From assembly GCA_040954595.2 (NCBI GenBank), contig CM082594.2, positions 10,358,296 through 10,422,295 of the forward strand: 64,000 bases of DNA. The letters are read 5' to 3'. This document shows positions 1 to 12,290 of this stretch, piece after piece. Made by a program: the position numbers and the translations under genes. The notes under the pieces were generated by a model. The model had not been told where the DNA came from, did no database searches, and saw nothing but the letters and a program-made list of their open reading frames with translations. This DNA comes from Balanoglossus misakiensis (taxonomy: Eukaryota; Animalia; Hemichordata). Positions within the stretch are counted from its first letter, which is position 1. Each line of letters starts with the position of its first letter.

Positions 1-8
1 TTAGTTTT

Positions 9-35
9 CCGGAAGTACCCATCATGCATGGCGCG
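9..35. promoter_or_regulatory. Housekeeping-promoter-like motif pair (ETS CCGGAAGT + ZNF143/SBS-like acccatcatgca)
   Basis: Motif match only; CpG-rich context at the window edge. Confidence 0.35.
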
Positions 36-2238
36 GCAGGCCCCAGTGGAGTTTGGATCGGATTAATTTACGTAGATGTTTTGAAATAGATGACTTTTCT
101 CCGTGTTTGTTTTGTGGAGACAGAAAGTATTTTAACAAATGATCTTATCAACGGGGAAATCAATATCAGCGAGCCATTCTTACTGCCATCAATCATTCTG
201 GGAAACGATCCGCTTCGCAGATAAAGCTCAGCTCGGTATCATTTTCAAAAGTGCGCCCCAGAAAATTGCAAGTCCTTAGAAAATTAAAGGCCTACTCAGC
301 TCCGTTTAGATAAGATCTTTCACCAGCGAGCCGTGTCCCCGATGTGTAACTTGTAAGAAGGCTTCCGTAATGAGCCACAGAGAATCCATTATTCGAGGCG
401 GCCGGGGTTCTTGCGTATGTTTTCAGTTCTGCTGTTCGCCTGGAACAGAACTGCCGTTTCTCAGTGTCGTTCGTGTTGACCGAATATACACAAATCGTTT
501 ACAGCGTATCTGGTGTCACGGCTTTACTTTAGGCCGGTAATGGTTACAATTTGATGTTATTTTTAGAATCTAAGATGGGATGGAACAACTTCAATTCGGG
601 TCATCAAGTTTATGGGGCCATCATCCTTTCACTGTCCACTAATGCATTGCGCGATGCGTATAAAGTGCAGACGACAAGCGAAACCAATATTTTATAGATA
701 TAGCGGCCGAGCGACGCACAAAACTGCAAATTGAAATCAACAGGTGGTCTGAACGAGAACAAGCGACTGATTGGGACAAAATAGAAATTGGGGGTTTCCA
801 TGTTGCTATGTGCGATGGCCATTTGCATACCATGCATGCATTAGTTATTTTTACTGAAGAAAGAACGCAGAATGTCTGTTATAGATCTTGAAAATAACCC
901 ACCTTATTTTCTGGCTGTTCGCCATGAATATCATTCACTCTATTGCAGCCGGCATACAAATCGTCTCAACTGACTGATCAGTTCGGAAGAGCTCAGAGGT
1001 CGCTTCTTTCTCCCAAGGTGAGATTTCGTGAGGTCAAACTTTAAAATCCGATCACGTGGCGCTATCATCAGTTTGTCTCGTGGGAACGTACCCGGCAGCT
1101 AAAACTCACCTGAAACAGAAAAAAAATGAGGAAAATTGAAAAATAAAGTCAAAATGAAGAAACCATTAAGCTGGTGACTTTTGACCCGTATCTCGTCTGT
1201 CTTCCCGAGTGTCAAACGGGGACGACGAGATGTAGAGAGAACAGGCGAGACTTTCTGCCTCGCGAGACCGTAACATATATTACTGGGACTACCATCGTGA
1301 TCTTCCGCTACAAAAACATGAAAACAACATATATTCTTGAAGATACCGGAGACGAGTGGGCTCCGCAACTTCAAATCCATTTTTGATGTAAAAAAAAAAT
1401 TCCGACCGCGCTGGTCAAGAGTGGCGCCACAATACAGAACAGATTACGAGTAAATAAATCATGGCTTTTCCCCCCGAATACCGTCGACGAGAATCAACAT
1501 GTCTGCGCGCCGTGTTTTCTCGCAAATCTCTTTAAAGTAACTTCATCCGACGAGTGGAAAATTCGATCAGGTGTAGGTGTACTTCGTATCGAATTACACG
1601 ACAGACATGAGCGAGATCACTCCGCGTCTCCGGTATGATTTTATTCTAAGCGTCGTAAGCTTTTATCACCCCTATCGTTTCCTTATCGTTTATGGTTCAT
1701 TTAAAAAAATAACAATTTTCTGGGGAGTACATTAGCTTGAAAAAGCTCAGTTAAAATTTCCTTAGAGCCACATATACAAGAAGACATGAACTGGAAGTAG
1801 GTTAGCGTCGTGATGCTTGTTTTGTTTTTGGGTTATAGTTGAACAATTAAGATTGGGATTTATGTATATGCATAACATGAAAGTTGGTTTAGCTTTGGGT
1901 TATATAATAAATTTTTATTTCTCTCTATATGTCTCTTGAAGGTTTGAGCGCTACCAATCTCCCGTCTAAGCAGTTCAATGGGTAAAATAGAGTGAATTTC
2001 TTACACGCTCATTGATCTGGTCATGAGATTTTACTGTCTTCAGAAAAAAAAATCGAAGGACTTGTTGTAGTGAGAGGCTTCTGCGCTTGGGGCTTCCGCG
2101 CTCAACATTTACTCGATGGAGAGGAAAACCCATTCCCGTGGACGGTATCGAGTTCCTTTGGCAAAAACGACGGGGCTCGCTACAAAGCACTGTTTAACGA
2201 ATTAAAGCAGTCGTGATGAGATCAGCGTATCGACTTAC

Positions 2239-2369
2239 AGCTGGCGTATCCATGTCAATTTCAAAACGCTCAATGTTTTTTGTTGAAACAGACAACGCGA
2301 CTTTGTGCGTGCAATGGGGTTCTCAAACACGTACAGCAGAACGACGACTTGACATGTCGTCTTGGAAAG
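2239..2369 (-). other. Candidate exon of the same left-running gene
   Basis: ctcctttcag acceptor and GCT|GTAAGT donor. Open in phase 0 from the 10009 ATG, or alternatively a 5'UTR exon ending in ATG-DTPA. Confidence 0.35.
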
Positions 2370-3560
2370 CTGAAAGGAGGACAGATCGTTCACGAATTTT
2401 GACCTCGAGTACGCACTTCTGACATCCTTATTTTCTGCAATTGATGGTGTTTCCACTCTCGTATGGAAATAAATTCTCTTCGAAAGAAAACCGTGACGCG
2501 TTTCGTTAGAATTTATGGAACACAGAAAAGATTAAAACGCCTTGCTTCTTGCGCAAGTAAACATTGTCATCTACTTGAAATACATCGCGAAACCCTCGAG
2601 GTCAATAGGTCTGGTTGGCTGAACCTCACATAATCAGTGTTTGTACAACATCATATTGCACCTTCGGGTGAGTGGGATCGTTATAGCGTTAGTTCCTCGC
2701 GTGATAAACTAAGATAAGATATTCGTGACTACCCTGGCTATCAGCTTTTATCATCTTAAGACATCTTATCACTTTCTCAGTAGGTTCGGTTTCTCTGAAA
2801 AAACTCAGAAAAACATGAATCCGTGTGCTGTACGGTGTTCTGCACGTACTTCGTTCATCGTGCGCTGATAATGGCGTTCTACGTTCAATTGTTACCCAGG
2901 GGCGTTAAGATAGTGAGATATTGGACTAGAAATTGTCTTTAATTCTATACTATTACATTTGTGAACGATCAACACCCGGTGGACTTTTTTTGATTTTATT
3001 TTTTCTAGAGAAAAGACAGGTTGGGCATTTGTTGTGGCATCGCGAAAGGAAGAACGGGGAAACACAATCAAGATGACTTATTTCATGAAGTGCTTTGACT
3101 GTTGATCATGAAACGAAAAGTCCCCCAATCTCGCGATGTGATGCGTGGGTTCCTCGATGAACGATCGGCATTTATTCGATTACTCCTAATGTTCCCCGGT
3201 GTTGTTACGTGTCGCCATGGTAACACGAATCCTGCAGTTGATCGCGTGTAATTAAGTTTGCTGTAGCTATCGGTGACGTATTTCGTTTCGCAACAGCACC
3301 GCGAGTCATCAGAGAATGGCACGGAAGTGGTGCTCGAGCGAGGTTCGTGTGCACCAATCATCGCTTGGTCGTTTTAAAGAGAAGGCGAACATAAACAACA
3401 TTTTAAAGCGGGTTTTAGGACAGAAATGAAATGAGGCAACATTCTCGTTTCATAAATAAGGCCGAAAGCTACGTTATTTTTTCTCTCTACGCTCAAAGCT
3501 AAAGAGAAACTTTTCAAGGACAGAAAACGGACTAAGTCGTCAACTTTTAACATTCGAGAC

Positions 3561-3634
3561 CGCCGCTAGGTGGCGCCTCGGCTCATTATATATGCACGGT
3601 AACCCAGAAATGTGCCGCCATCTTGGGAGTGAGT
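3561..3634. promoter_or_regulatory. CTCF-like site (cgccgctaggtggcgcc, 3561-3577) next to a YY1 motif (gccgccatcttg, 3614-3625) and a plus-strand GTGAGT donor
   Basis: Close matches to known consensus motifs; no functional data. Confidence 0.45.
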
Positions 3635-6600
3635 AAACCCTCATCACAAGACACACCATGAGACAATAAGGAACGAACCAGCCTGTTAATACCAACCGGT
3701 ATTTTGTGAACCGAAGTCACAAGTCAGATTGAATACAACAACGACGGTCCTTCTCGTAAATCCGTCTCGCTGACACTTTCCTTCCATTTGACAAAGATCA
3801 CGCAATTGTAGTAATTAAAAAACGGGTTGTTTGCTAAGGTTTCCCTGGAGAAGAGGCATTAGTGAGCAAATATTCTTAATTAATGTGAGATGCGGGTCGT
3901 TGGAAATCAATTTCGTTCAAGTAGGAGGAATTCTCGTGTAATAGACGTCTTCCTGGTTGATTCTCTGTATATTAATGAACGACTTTCTCTTTTCTGTTGC
4001 CGCGCAACGTAACCGCGGACAGCCATTGCCCCAAATTCAGAATGATCCGCTACCCTTCCAACGACAAGCTCCTTTCCGCCATGATAAATAGACAAGACAG
4101 AACACGACCGAACGAAGCAAACCAATCAAAACTACCCATTTCCTGTAACGTGATCGAACAGAAATTACACATAGGCCGGAAACTGATTTTGTCGCCATAT
4201 TGGATATCGTGAGTGTTTCAGACATAAAAATGTGGTATATTTTGCTGTGCGTAGTGACAGTGTACTATGACATAAGACATACAGATAGGTATTGAATATA
4301 GCGGGGACGTCACGACGATGAAAAACGAGGCGCTGGCCAAATTATGACATTACTGCAGAATCGCCCGAAGCTCACTTCAAAATTATGTATTAATGTCGGA
4401 CGCGCCAATAACATAATGTAGAAAATGAAGGGGTCAACCTCTATGACAACAGTCTTGGCGATCACGAAGAATAAGAGTAATGTTGGATTATATGAAACTA
4501 ACCCAGAATGGCTGCTGGCTATGTACGGTAAATAAAACTCTGCTAGTTTATAAATTATTTCAAGAACATGTCTCGATTGCTCGGGCAAAGTTCTGCATTC
4601 AGGCGTAAACGACACCCGATGAAAGATGAAGAAAGCGCGCGAGAGAGGAGGGGACGAACGGACAGGCAGGGCAGACAGACAGACAGGCAGACATGGGGAA
4701 AACTCAAACTTTTCTACCATGTATATTTGAACACAGACATCTATACATCTGTTGAGATGTCTGGCATTATGAACCGGCATATAGGAGTAATTTTCTTTCC
4801 ATGTTAAGCTTCGGTCTCATATAATGAGAAATCAAGTTGTATGGTTGCTGATGCACGCCGTGCATTAGCGTTAATCACCTCAGACATGATTCCCTTTCTG
4901 CAAATTGGTTTCAGAAGTGGCTATTATGCAGTTTACTCTGATCCCGCTACGTGCTCGGCGGATAATACCTGTACTACAGCTTCTGATATCCGGTGCACGG
5001 GTCGGCCACTCGAGCGAAACCCCGGCCAACGATTACTCTCCGTAGCTTAGGGAGGCGCACAATGCGATCATCGAAAAGTGGTTAGCTGCATCGTGAGTGT
5101 GTAATCCGGAAGCCGCTTAAGTTGCCGCGAGAGTGACGACGATTTTTAGAACAAGCAAAGACTGAAACAACATTTAAATCGCAGCCTGTCGTGTGAATGC
5201 TATCATCTCTGCCGTTTCAGTAAAAAAAGGTATGGCCTAAGGAGGTCATATGTTTTAGATTTTTTTAGAATAATGTCTATGTTCTAACTCTAGAGTTTCT
5301 TCACATCTACATTATATACTTCAAGGTTCAACAAGAGAATTAATTTAGAAACCCTGCGTGTTTCAAGACAAACACGACAGATCTACGTTCATATTCCCTG
5401 GTAACGGGCAAGAGACCTAAAGCTTTTAATGGTGATGGAAAGTGATCAGATTGTAGATTTTCTGAACTTTTAGTAGCTCGGAGAGTAGAAGTAGAAGTTG
5501 GGTTTTGTCGGAAGGATATAAACACCGCTTGTGTAAAGGATCCGGAATATTAAAAATGTCCCCACTCGCATTTTCATCGGCTTGGATAAGGATTCCCTTC
5601 TTTGCTCGGGAATTATGTATCAACTCTTGCGAGTAAGAATACTTGCATGGGAGCCCCCCGCAGGCAACTTTGGGATAAGAAGAACTTCTTAATATGTGTC
5701 GACTATACAGAGAGATATTCGATCACAGATTTGTCTGTGTTTGATGGGAATTGAGGAGAGGGGCCTCGATCGGTTTCACGAAAGCAAACTCGTCGCCGCC
5801 ACTGCTGGCTCATGCAAACTACTCTACGCCTGTTAAACAAACACTCCAAAAATCAGAAAGCTGAATCGTGCAAAGAAAGTGGAATGACAAGTTGAAACAC
5901 AGCATTCAAATATGCGGCCGTGCAGGCGGCCACTCGTCGACAGACAACCGCATCAATTTCAGCGTTAACGCCATCTCCCCTGTGACGATGAAATTTCTCC
6001 CGATAAAAGCTCACATTCTCTCCCGACGCTACCAGAAGACCTGAAAGTTCAAGGCTAAGTAACCTTGGCGACTACAGTATTTGCACCGAACGCCCATGGT
6101 AAACATGCGAGGTCGTATTCGTTTTGCTGTATATCGCCCTGTCTTTCGAACTTCTTTAAAATACGCAGAGACGACTTTGTGAAATTTTGGGGTTCTTCAA
6201 GCAAAATAACAAAACACTAAGAGCTGAAGAATTATTAATACTTTTCCCAGCTCTGGTTTGAATATGGAACTTGCCGACTCAAAATTTGCCGGGTTTAACC
6301 GAAATACATAATCCGGTAATGGAGGTTTTGGTCGCCCGTTACAACACCGGCACGAAGCATGATATGTTAGAGGAGAGCGACTATGAGGTCAGTATGTGCG
6401 AGAAAAACAGGCACCTACTCGAGGTGTCGCTGATAAATCCGACGTCGTATTAACGTATAATCCACCGGAAAAGCCAGATTTACCATTAGCAAAAATGCAC
6501 ATCTCCAAGAAAATATGAATACCTGGGATTTTTTCTGATCAAAAACCTATTGTCGATGTCGCCGTGAGTTTGGCACCACGAAGACTGAATGTAAAATTGG

Positions 6601-9600
6601 CCGGCGAGCAGAGAAATATACCCGAAGCGGTGTAATCAAGGCAAGCTGAAAATCTCTAACAGCTTTCGTGTGTCTAGTCAAACACCTGATGTTTATTTTA
6701 ACATTTAAATCGGAATAAACTATTTAGATGTTGTTTGGGTTTTTATTCATTCGGTGAGCGACTTCGCAAATGACATATTCACCATCAGAAGAAGGCTTAC
6801 TTACGATTTTTTGCCAACCACAGTTAATATTTCATAATAAAACTGATCAAAATTTTACTCGTTTTTACTTTATCGTGTATTCCGGCAAGAAAGGACTTAC
6901 TTAAACACAAAATCACAGCAGACGAGTTGCTTATTTATTAATATAGTAATTTCTTTTGTGAGTGAGTTGACCGACAGAATAAGATTGACGCTGACCTCTT
7001 TGAATGAGCCAACTATTTTGGAAGGGTGATCGATCGTTTTGTTATTTGTGACTACACGATATCAACATTGTTTTGTTTTTGTTTTGTATCATGTTCTCAT
7101 CTGTCAAAACGTCACAGTTTGAGGACAGGTGGGCATTGTATCCGACTGCTTGATTAGTTAGTTAGCATGATATCGTGTTTCTAAAATAAAAAGCAATTAA
7201 AAAAAAAACCATGGTGGCAATCGGTGACTTTGGATATATCATCCATGAAATCAATTTCTTTGGTGATCACTCATCTAGATCCAAAATAGACGGAGTGACT
7301 CTGGAAATACGTTTAGTGAAGGGCTGGAAGACCATGCAGACGATCGAATTTTGTTAACATGGCAGCACAAACAAAACAAACAGCGAACTCGCCCGATGAC
7401 CTCTAAGTCCGCCCATCCAGCCAACCCATCACATATTTTAACCTGAGATCACCGTCTGGAGTATTGTGTACAGCCAAGCGTGAAGCTAATGTCTGCATGA
7501 AAGAAGGCGCGGAGAATAGAATTGTCACTTCGCCGATGCTGAAGGATTCTCTGGGGATGTCGTTTGCTTCGTGCGAGACCCACCTGTGAGGGAACCAAAT
7601 TATCGCTCACCATAATGCGGCCTGTCTTCCTATTGTAGAGATCTCGTGGGAACGGGGGGACAATTTTCCTTCGCATTGTGCGCCACAAGAAAAAGACAAT
7701 TACCATAAGCCACTTTAAGGTGTGTGTTTTTCAAGAGGCCGCAGACAAAGCTGTCAGAAGTTGGAACGAGAGAGTGCTGTGTGTGAGCCTTTTGATTCAA
7801 AACGTGGGAAACCCAGGAATGTACCAAGTCGTTCCCCGAGAAACACACAACATAAACACATTTCACACAGGTTGATATGAGCCCTTTGCTCATTCTCGAG
7901 AGTTTTGCTCCATGTTAACTATACCAGGACCGACAATGACCGAAGAGTTGAGTGGTCTGTGATAATCACGTTAAAAGGTTGGAGTCTCCACACAGTTTGA
8001 TTGCAATGCCACTAAGTGCATCAACTGAATGAGTTAAGATTCCTTTCTCCAAACTTGGCCGACCCTTCAGAGAATTACCTCTACACTGGCAATTGCCCTA
8101 AATCGAATAAAAGCCAAAAAAGTAAGACTGAATTTAACCGTACAGACTTTTTTCAAGCAGCCCCGACTGATTGGTGTCGGTATTATTCGGTTGCCTTGGA
8201 AACGAGGAATGAAAGTGACCCTCTACTTCACCATGAAGAGATCCGCGAGACTCATTCTCTTCCCCAGAGAAACGACACGAACACGAACGACAAAAAGTGC
8301 ACCGTAATAGCTGACGACCATAACAGCGATAACCAATTATATCTCGTTATGTGTTTGATTGTGACTTCTTCATGCAGAAAAAAAAGGAAGAAAAATGTGA
8401 ACGTGACGTCCCCTGAACGAACGGTACACTGTTCGTCTCATATTACCTAAATTATACATTGTGTGTCTACCATTCATTTCCTTCTTGACCGGTAAGACCC
8501 TGACAGATGGAGCCAGTAGAACAAAAACGACGGTGAACGTCTCGCTGACTGAACCTTAAAAGAACCATATAAGATCACACCCGGAATCTAACGTTTCTCT
8601 GAACACTAACTGTCTTGAACAGTTTTTTATGACAACCGTGCATAGTACAAAAGCAAAGCATATATGGATTTATCTCTTCATATAATATATCCTTTCATTC
8701 TTCGGTGTTTTTTGTGTATGCATGTTCTGCGTTCCCTGGGGTTGTGATTTGCATTGCAGTAGCAAACGTTGGCTTCAATCTCGAAAAATAAAACATGCAG
8801 TATCTGCAGTTTGTATAAAATATGATCATATTATATCACGCTCAGTGATTTTTGTTCTTTTTTTCAAAGCCTTTGGGGTATTTTTTTTGGAAGGGGGTCA
8901 GGTTTCCATTATCTAAGAGAAAAAAATGAAACTGTACAGACAGGCTTATAACCGGTGAAGATAAATGCAGCTAGACCCGAATTGTATTTGTCCATCTTAG
9001 CTTTTGCCCCTGTGACCTCCAAGACGTATACATTACCAATACATATATGGACTCCTCAAGAGAAAACTGAAAGACGGTAATTAGGCGGTGAAAGTCGTTG
9101 AATACCGAGCGAAACCCGTCAAAGGACCCCGTGGCGGCCGACAACAATCCGAGTAGTCAGAAGATTTGACACAGGGTCAGCTCTCGGCATTATATCACCC
9201 CCCTCGACAACCACTGTACTGATTCGCCCATACCCCACACGGCGTTTACTAAAAAAAACCTACTCATGACAAAACAGTAAACACATCCCCAACAGCTTGG
9301 AACATACAAGAGTAAAAGTGGGGAGAAACACGTCGTTCTGAAGACTGGCGTCCATCGACTGTGACCTCAAGCGTTTGATGCAGTACTAAAAGATTCGGGC
9401 CGTTTAAGCGAAAATTTAACCAAAATATCGAAGTAATTAGGGATGCTACATATTATTTCTTAAAATGTTATTTTTATCAACATCACTCACCAGTTACATG
9501 TTATTACTGGTACAGTCTCAGTACCTGAACAATGGGTTATTCATTTCGGTATTGAGAAAATCTCAACAAGCTGTAATAAGCACTTTCGTCTTTCTTCAAA

Positions 9601-9958
9601 CAGATATTTAAGTAAATCTTGGCAAACTTCCAGTAAAAACTATATACGCGCTTTCTTTAAGTACTCGTTTTTTCCCAAAGCTACCATCGGGAATGTTTTC
9701 CCGAGATTCGAGGGTTACCTGGTGGTTTATTTTTGAAAAGGTAAACATTTCTGGTAGCATTGGGAGTCGTTATTTCCGCGGTGTCTCCAACAAAACAGCT
9801 GTAGCTGATTTGGAGACGGTACATCTGATTTTGCCACCCGTCGTAAATAAATATCCACGTACATTTTCCTTCGGAGAAGCGTTAAACTACCGTGTTAATG
9901 AAAGGTTACCGAATTTGTCTAGTATTGTCGGTTTGAGGCACAAGATCTCATTTCTTAC

Positions 9959-10088
9959 CTGGCTGTAGACTTTCCCCGTGGTGTCCGCCTCTCGATGCTT
10001 TGCCGTCATCTTGGCTTCTGTTGATGCGTCTCACCGCGGCAACCCATACACCCCCGGCTCAGGTGAGAATATCCCACAGCGCATGCGT
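9959..10088 (-). other. Candidate first exon and promoter of a minus-strand gene running off the left edge (possible start MTAKHREADTTGKVYSQ at 10009)
   Basis: Perfect CAG|GTAAGA donor at 9959, YY1-like caagatgacggc around the ATG, NRF1-like gcgcatgcgt at 10079-10088; product not recognised. Confidence 0.4.
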
Positions 10089-10585
10089 CAATCCAAAGGG
10101 CTCCCTTGCTTTCAAAATATCTGCAATTAAAATAACACAATAACCAATGAATCATTGAGAATTTAATCATTCTTACGCTCATCATACTTGCTAGTACTGT
10201 TTTGTGAAATCAAAATTACAATACTCAATATTTAGAAATAAAACATGAAGGAAAGAGGATATATTGATTCGATGTAGAAACCAGTTGCTAGGTGACCGTG
10301 AAAAACATTCAACGGCTTTGAATCGATGCTACGATATGAGGGTCGAAGCACAAAGCATGTAACAATTTTGTAAACATGTAATCAGTACAGATCCTAAATT
10401 TGATGTTGCCTTAGTAGAAAGATACTAATCAGAGGTAGAAATGAGTGGGGATTGTGTCTCGTCGACGATATTGACTGTTCGCTTGTTTCTGCTATTCCCA
10501 ACAATTAAATGGATCGTGGTCAGATGCAGCTATTAACAGACAAATATATGCATAATATAAACGTTTACTATTATATAGCACGTTG

Positions 10586-10829
10586 CATACATACATACAT
10601 ACATACATACATACATACATACATACATACATACATACATACATACATACATACATACATACATACATACATACATACATACATACATACATACATACAT
10701 ACATACATACATACATACATACATACATACATACATACATACATACATACATACATACATACATACATACATACATACATACATACATACATACATACAT
10801 ACATACAGACAGACAGACAGACAGACAGA
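10586..10829. repeat. Compound microsatellite (CATA)55(CAGA)6
   Basis: Read directly; source of the spurious HTYI/MYVC ORFs. Confidence 0.98.
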
Positions 10830-11061
10830 CACGTATCTCAGTACAGTGCAACACATCATTCGCTCATGTTAAGGATGGCTGAAGATGCTCAATGCTGTCT
10901 CGCCACGCTTCAAAGTTCTCTTCGGCGCGGCTTGCATTACAAACATAGAGGGATGATTAATGGCTTGTTTTGGCCGTTTAATGGAACATCGAAACAATCG
11001 CTCGCAAAAGGCAATTGAAACTTATCCCCATATAAGCCGGTGATTTTCCGTTGGACAATAG

Positions 11062-11392
11062 CGATGCATTGTGGGTGGTAATACCCAAGGCGGATCGCGG
11101 GGTGACGAGATGAAGAAAGCGCCGACTTTACAAATGTTAGACTCTAACGTCGACCTCAATTGTGCGGATTTTCGTGGAAAATTGCAATATAATCCTGGGT
11201 GACTTTGGAGATAAGATTTACAGAAGGTGACGAGGTATGCTTACAGTCGCCTAGGCGAATAATAAGTTAAACTCAACAAAATCCTGCTCCTGAATATTGA
11301 AACTTAACTTGGAAGTCGTAAATTTTCGATTCGCTAATGTGCCTCAAAAATTAAAGAACAAAAATGATTAGACATTTTTTGTTTTCTGTAGG
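11062..11392 (+). other. Candidate plus-strand promoter, first exon and 157-nt intron (11235-11391), divergent from the 10009 exon; probably non-coding
   Basis: ZNF143-like gatgcattgtgggt, GAG|GTATGC donor, tttttgttttctgtag acceptor; only a 30-codon ORF. Confidence 0.3.
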
Positions 11393-12263
11393 CTTGCTGT
11401 TATTTCGTCTCTGCTTAATGTGTTCTTGGAAATCCGACAATGCAACATTTCTGCTATTAAGAACTAAGCATCGCATTTCATGGAAATTGCTTGCATCTAG
11501 CCATAACTCGCAAAGTTGGCGATCTCTATCTTGAAACGCATCTTATACCAGGTCACTTCTCTGTATGCGATATCCTCTTGCAGTGTGAGTGCGATTTTAG
11601 AAAAGACAATTGCTATGGCAACAATCTTGGAGTGTCTCACTCCGTCACGTCAAATACTTCTCGAACGGAAAACGTCCTTGTTATCCGAGAGCTTGCACAT
11701 GTTTGAATATTTACATATAATCCCATGATATTTTTCTTTATTTGACGTTATTGTATACGAGTGGTTTTCGGGGAGCCGTGCAACTTGTATGTAACTATAA
11801 TGTAACTATAATAAGCCAATTACCTGGGCGTGCAACATGCCTCATAATTGTCTCCATCGGCTTGATAAGCACCAACTTGGAGATATTTTGTCACGAACAG
11901 CAATAGTAAAAATATCCAATTTCTTGTGTCCTGTTCATGTATTTCCTGGAAAAGACAGACACGGATATATCGCCTTCAGTGCCCATTTTCAAACAATCAG
12001 ATTGCAAAAACATTCTGTGAGTAGATTCTCTGGTGATTTTGTTCCAAAACAGCCACCCGGAGCGATGCTCTGAATACATAATTAGCTCTGCTGGCTGGAC
12101 ATGTCCCCGGGGGGAGGGGATATGTGCCCGAGGGGGCACAATAATCGCAATTTGCAATCCTTGGCTGTCTAAAAATCGATTGTGAATGAATTCCACGATT
12201 AATGAACTCTTATTAGCCGTCACCCTTAAACTCATCAGCCTATAAGTATGTCTGTATCTCTGC

Positions 12264-12290
12264 CTCTCTCTCTCTCTCTCTCTCTCTCTC
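12264..12290. repeat. (CT)n microsatellite
   Basis: Read directly. Confidence 0.9.

Noticed and set aside
10492-11018. Repetitive ORFs (HTYI)n / (MYVC)n
   Set aside because: Translations of the stop-free CATA microsatellite
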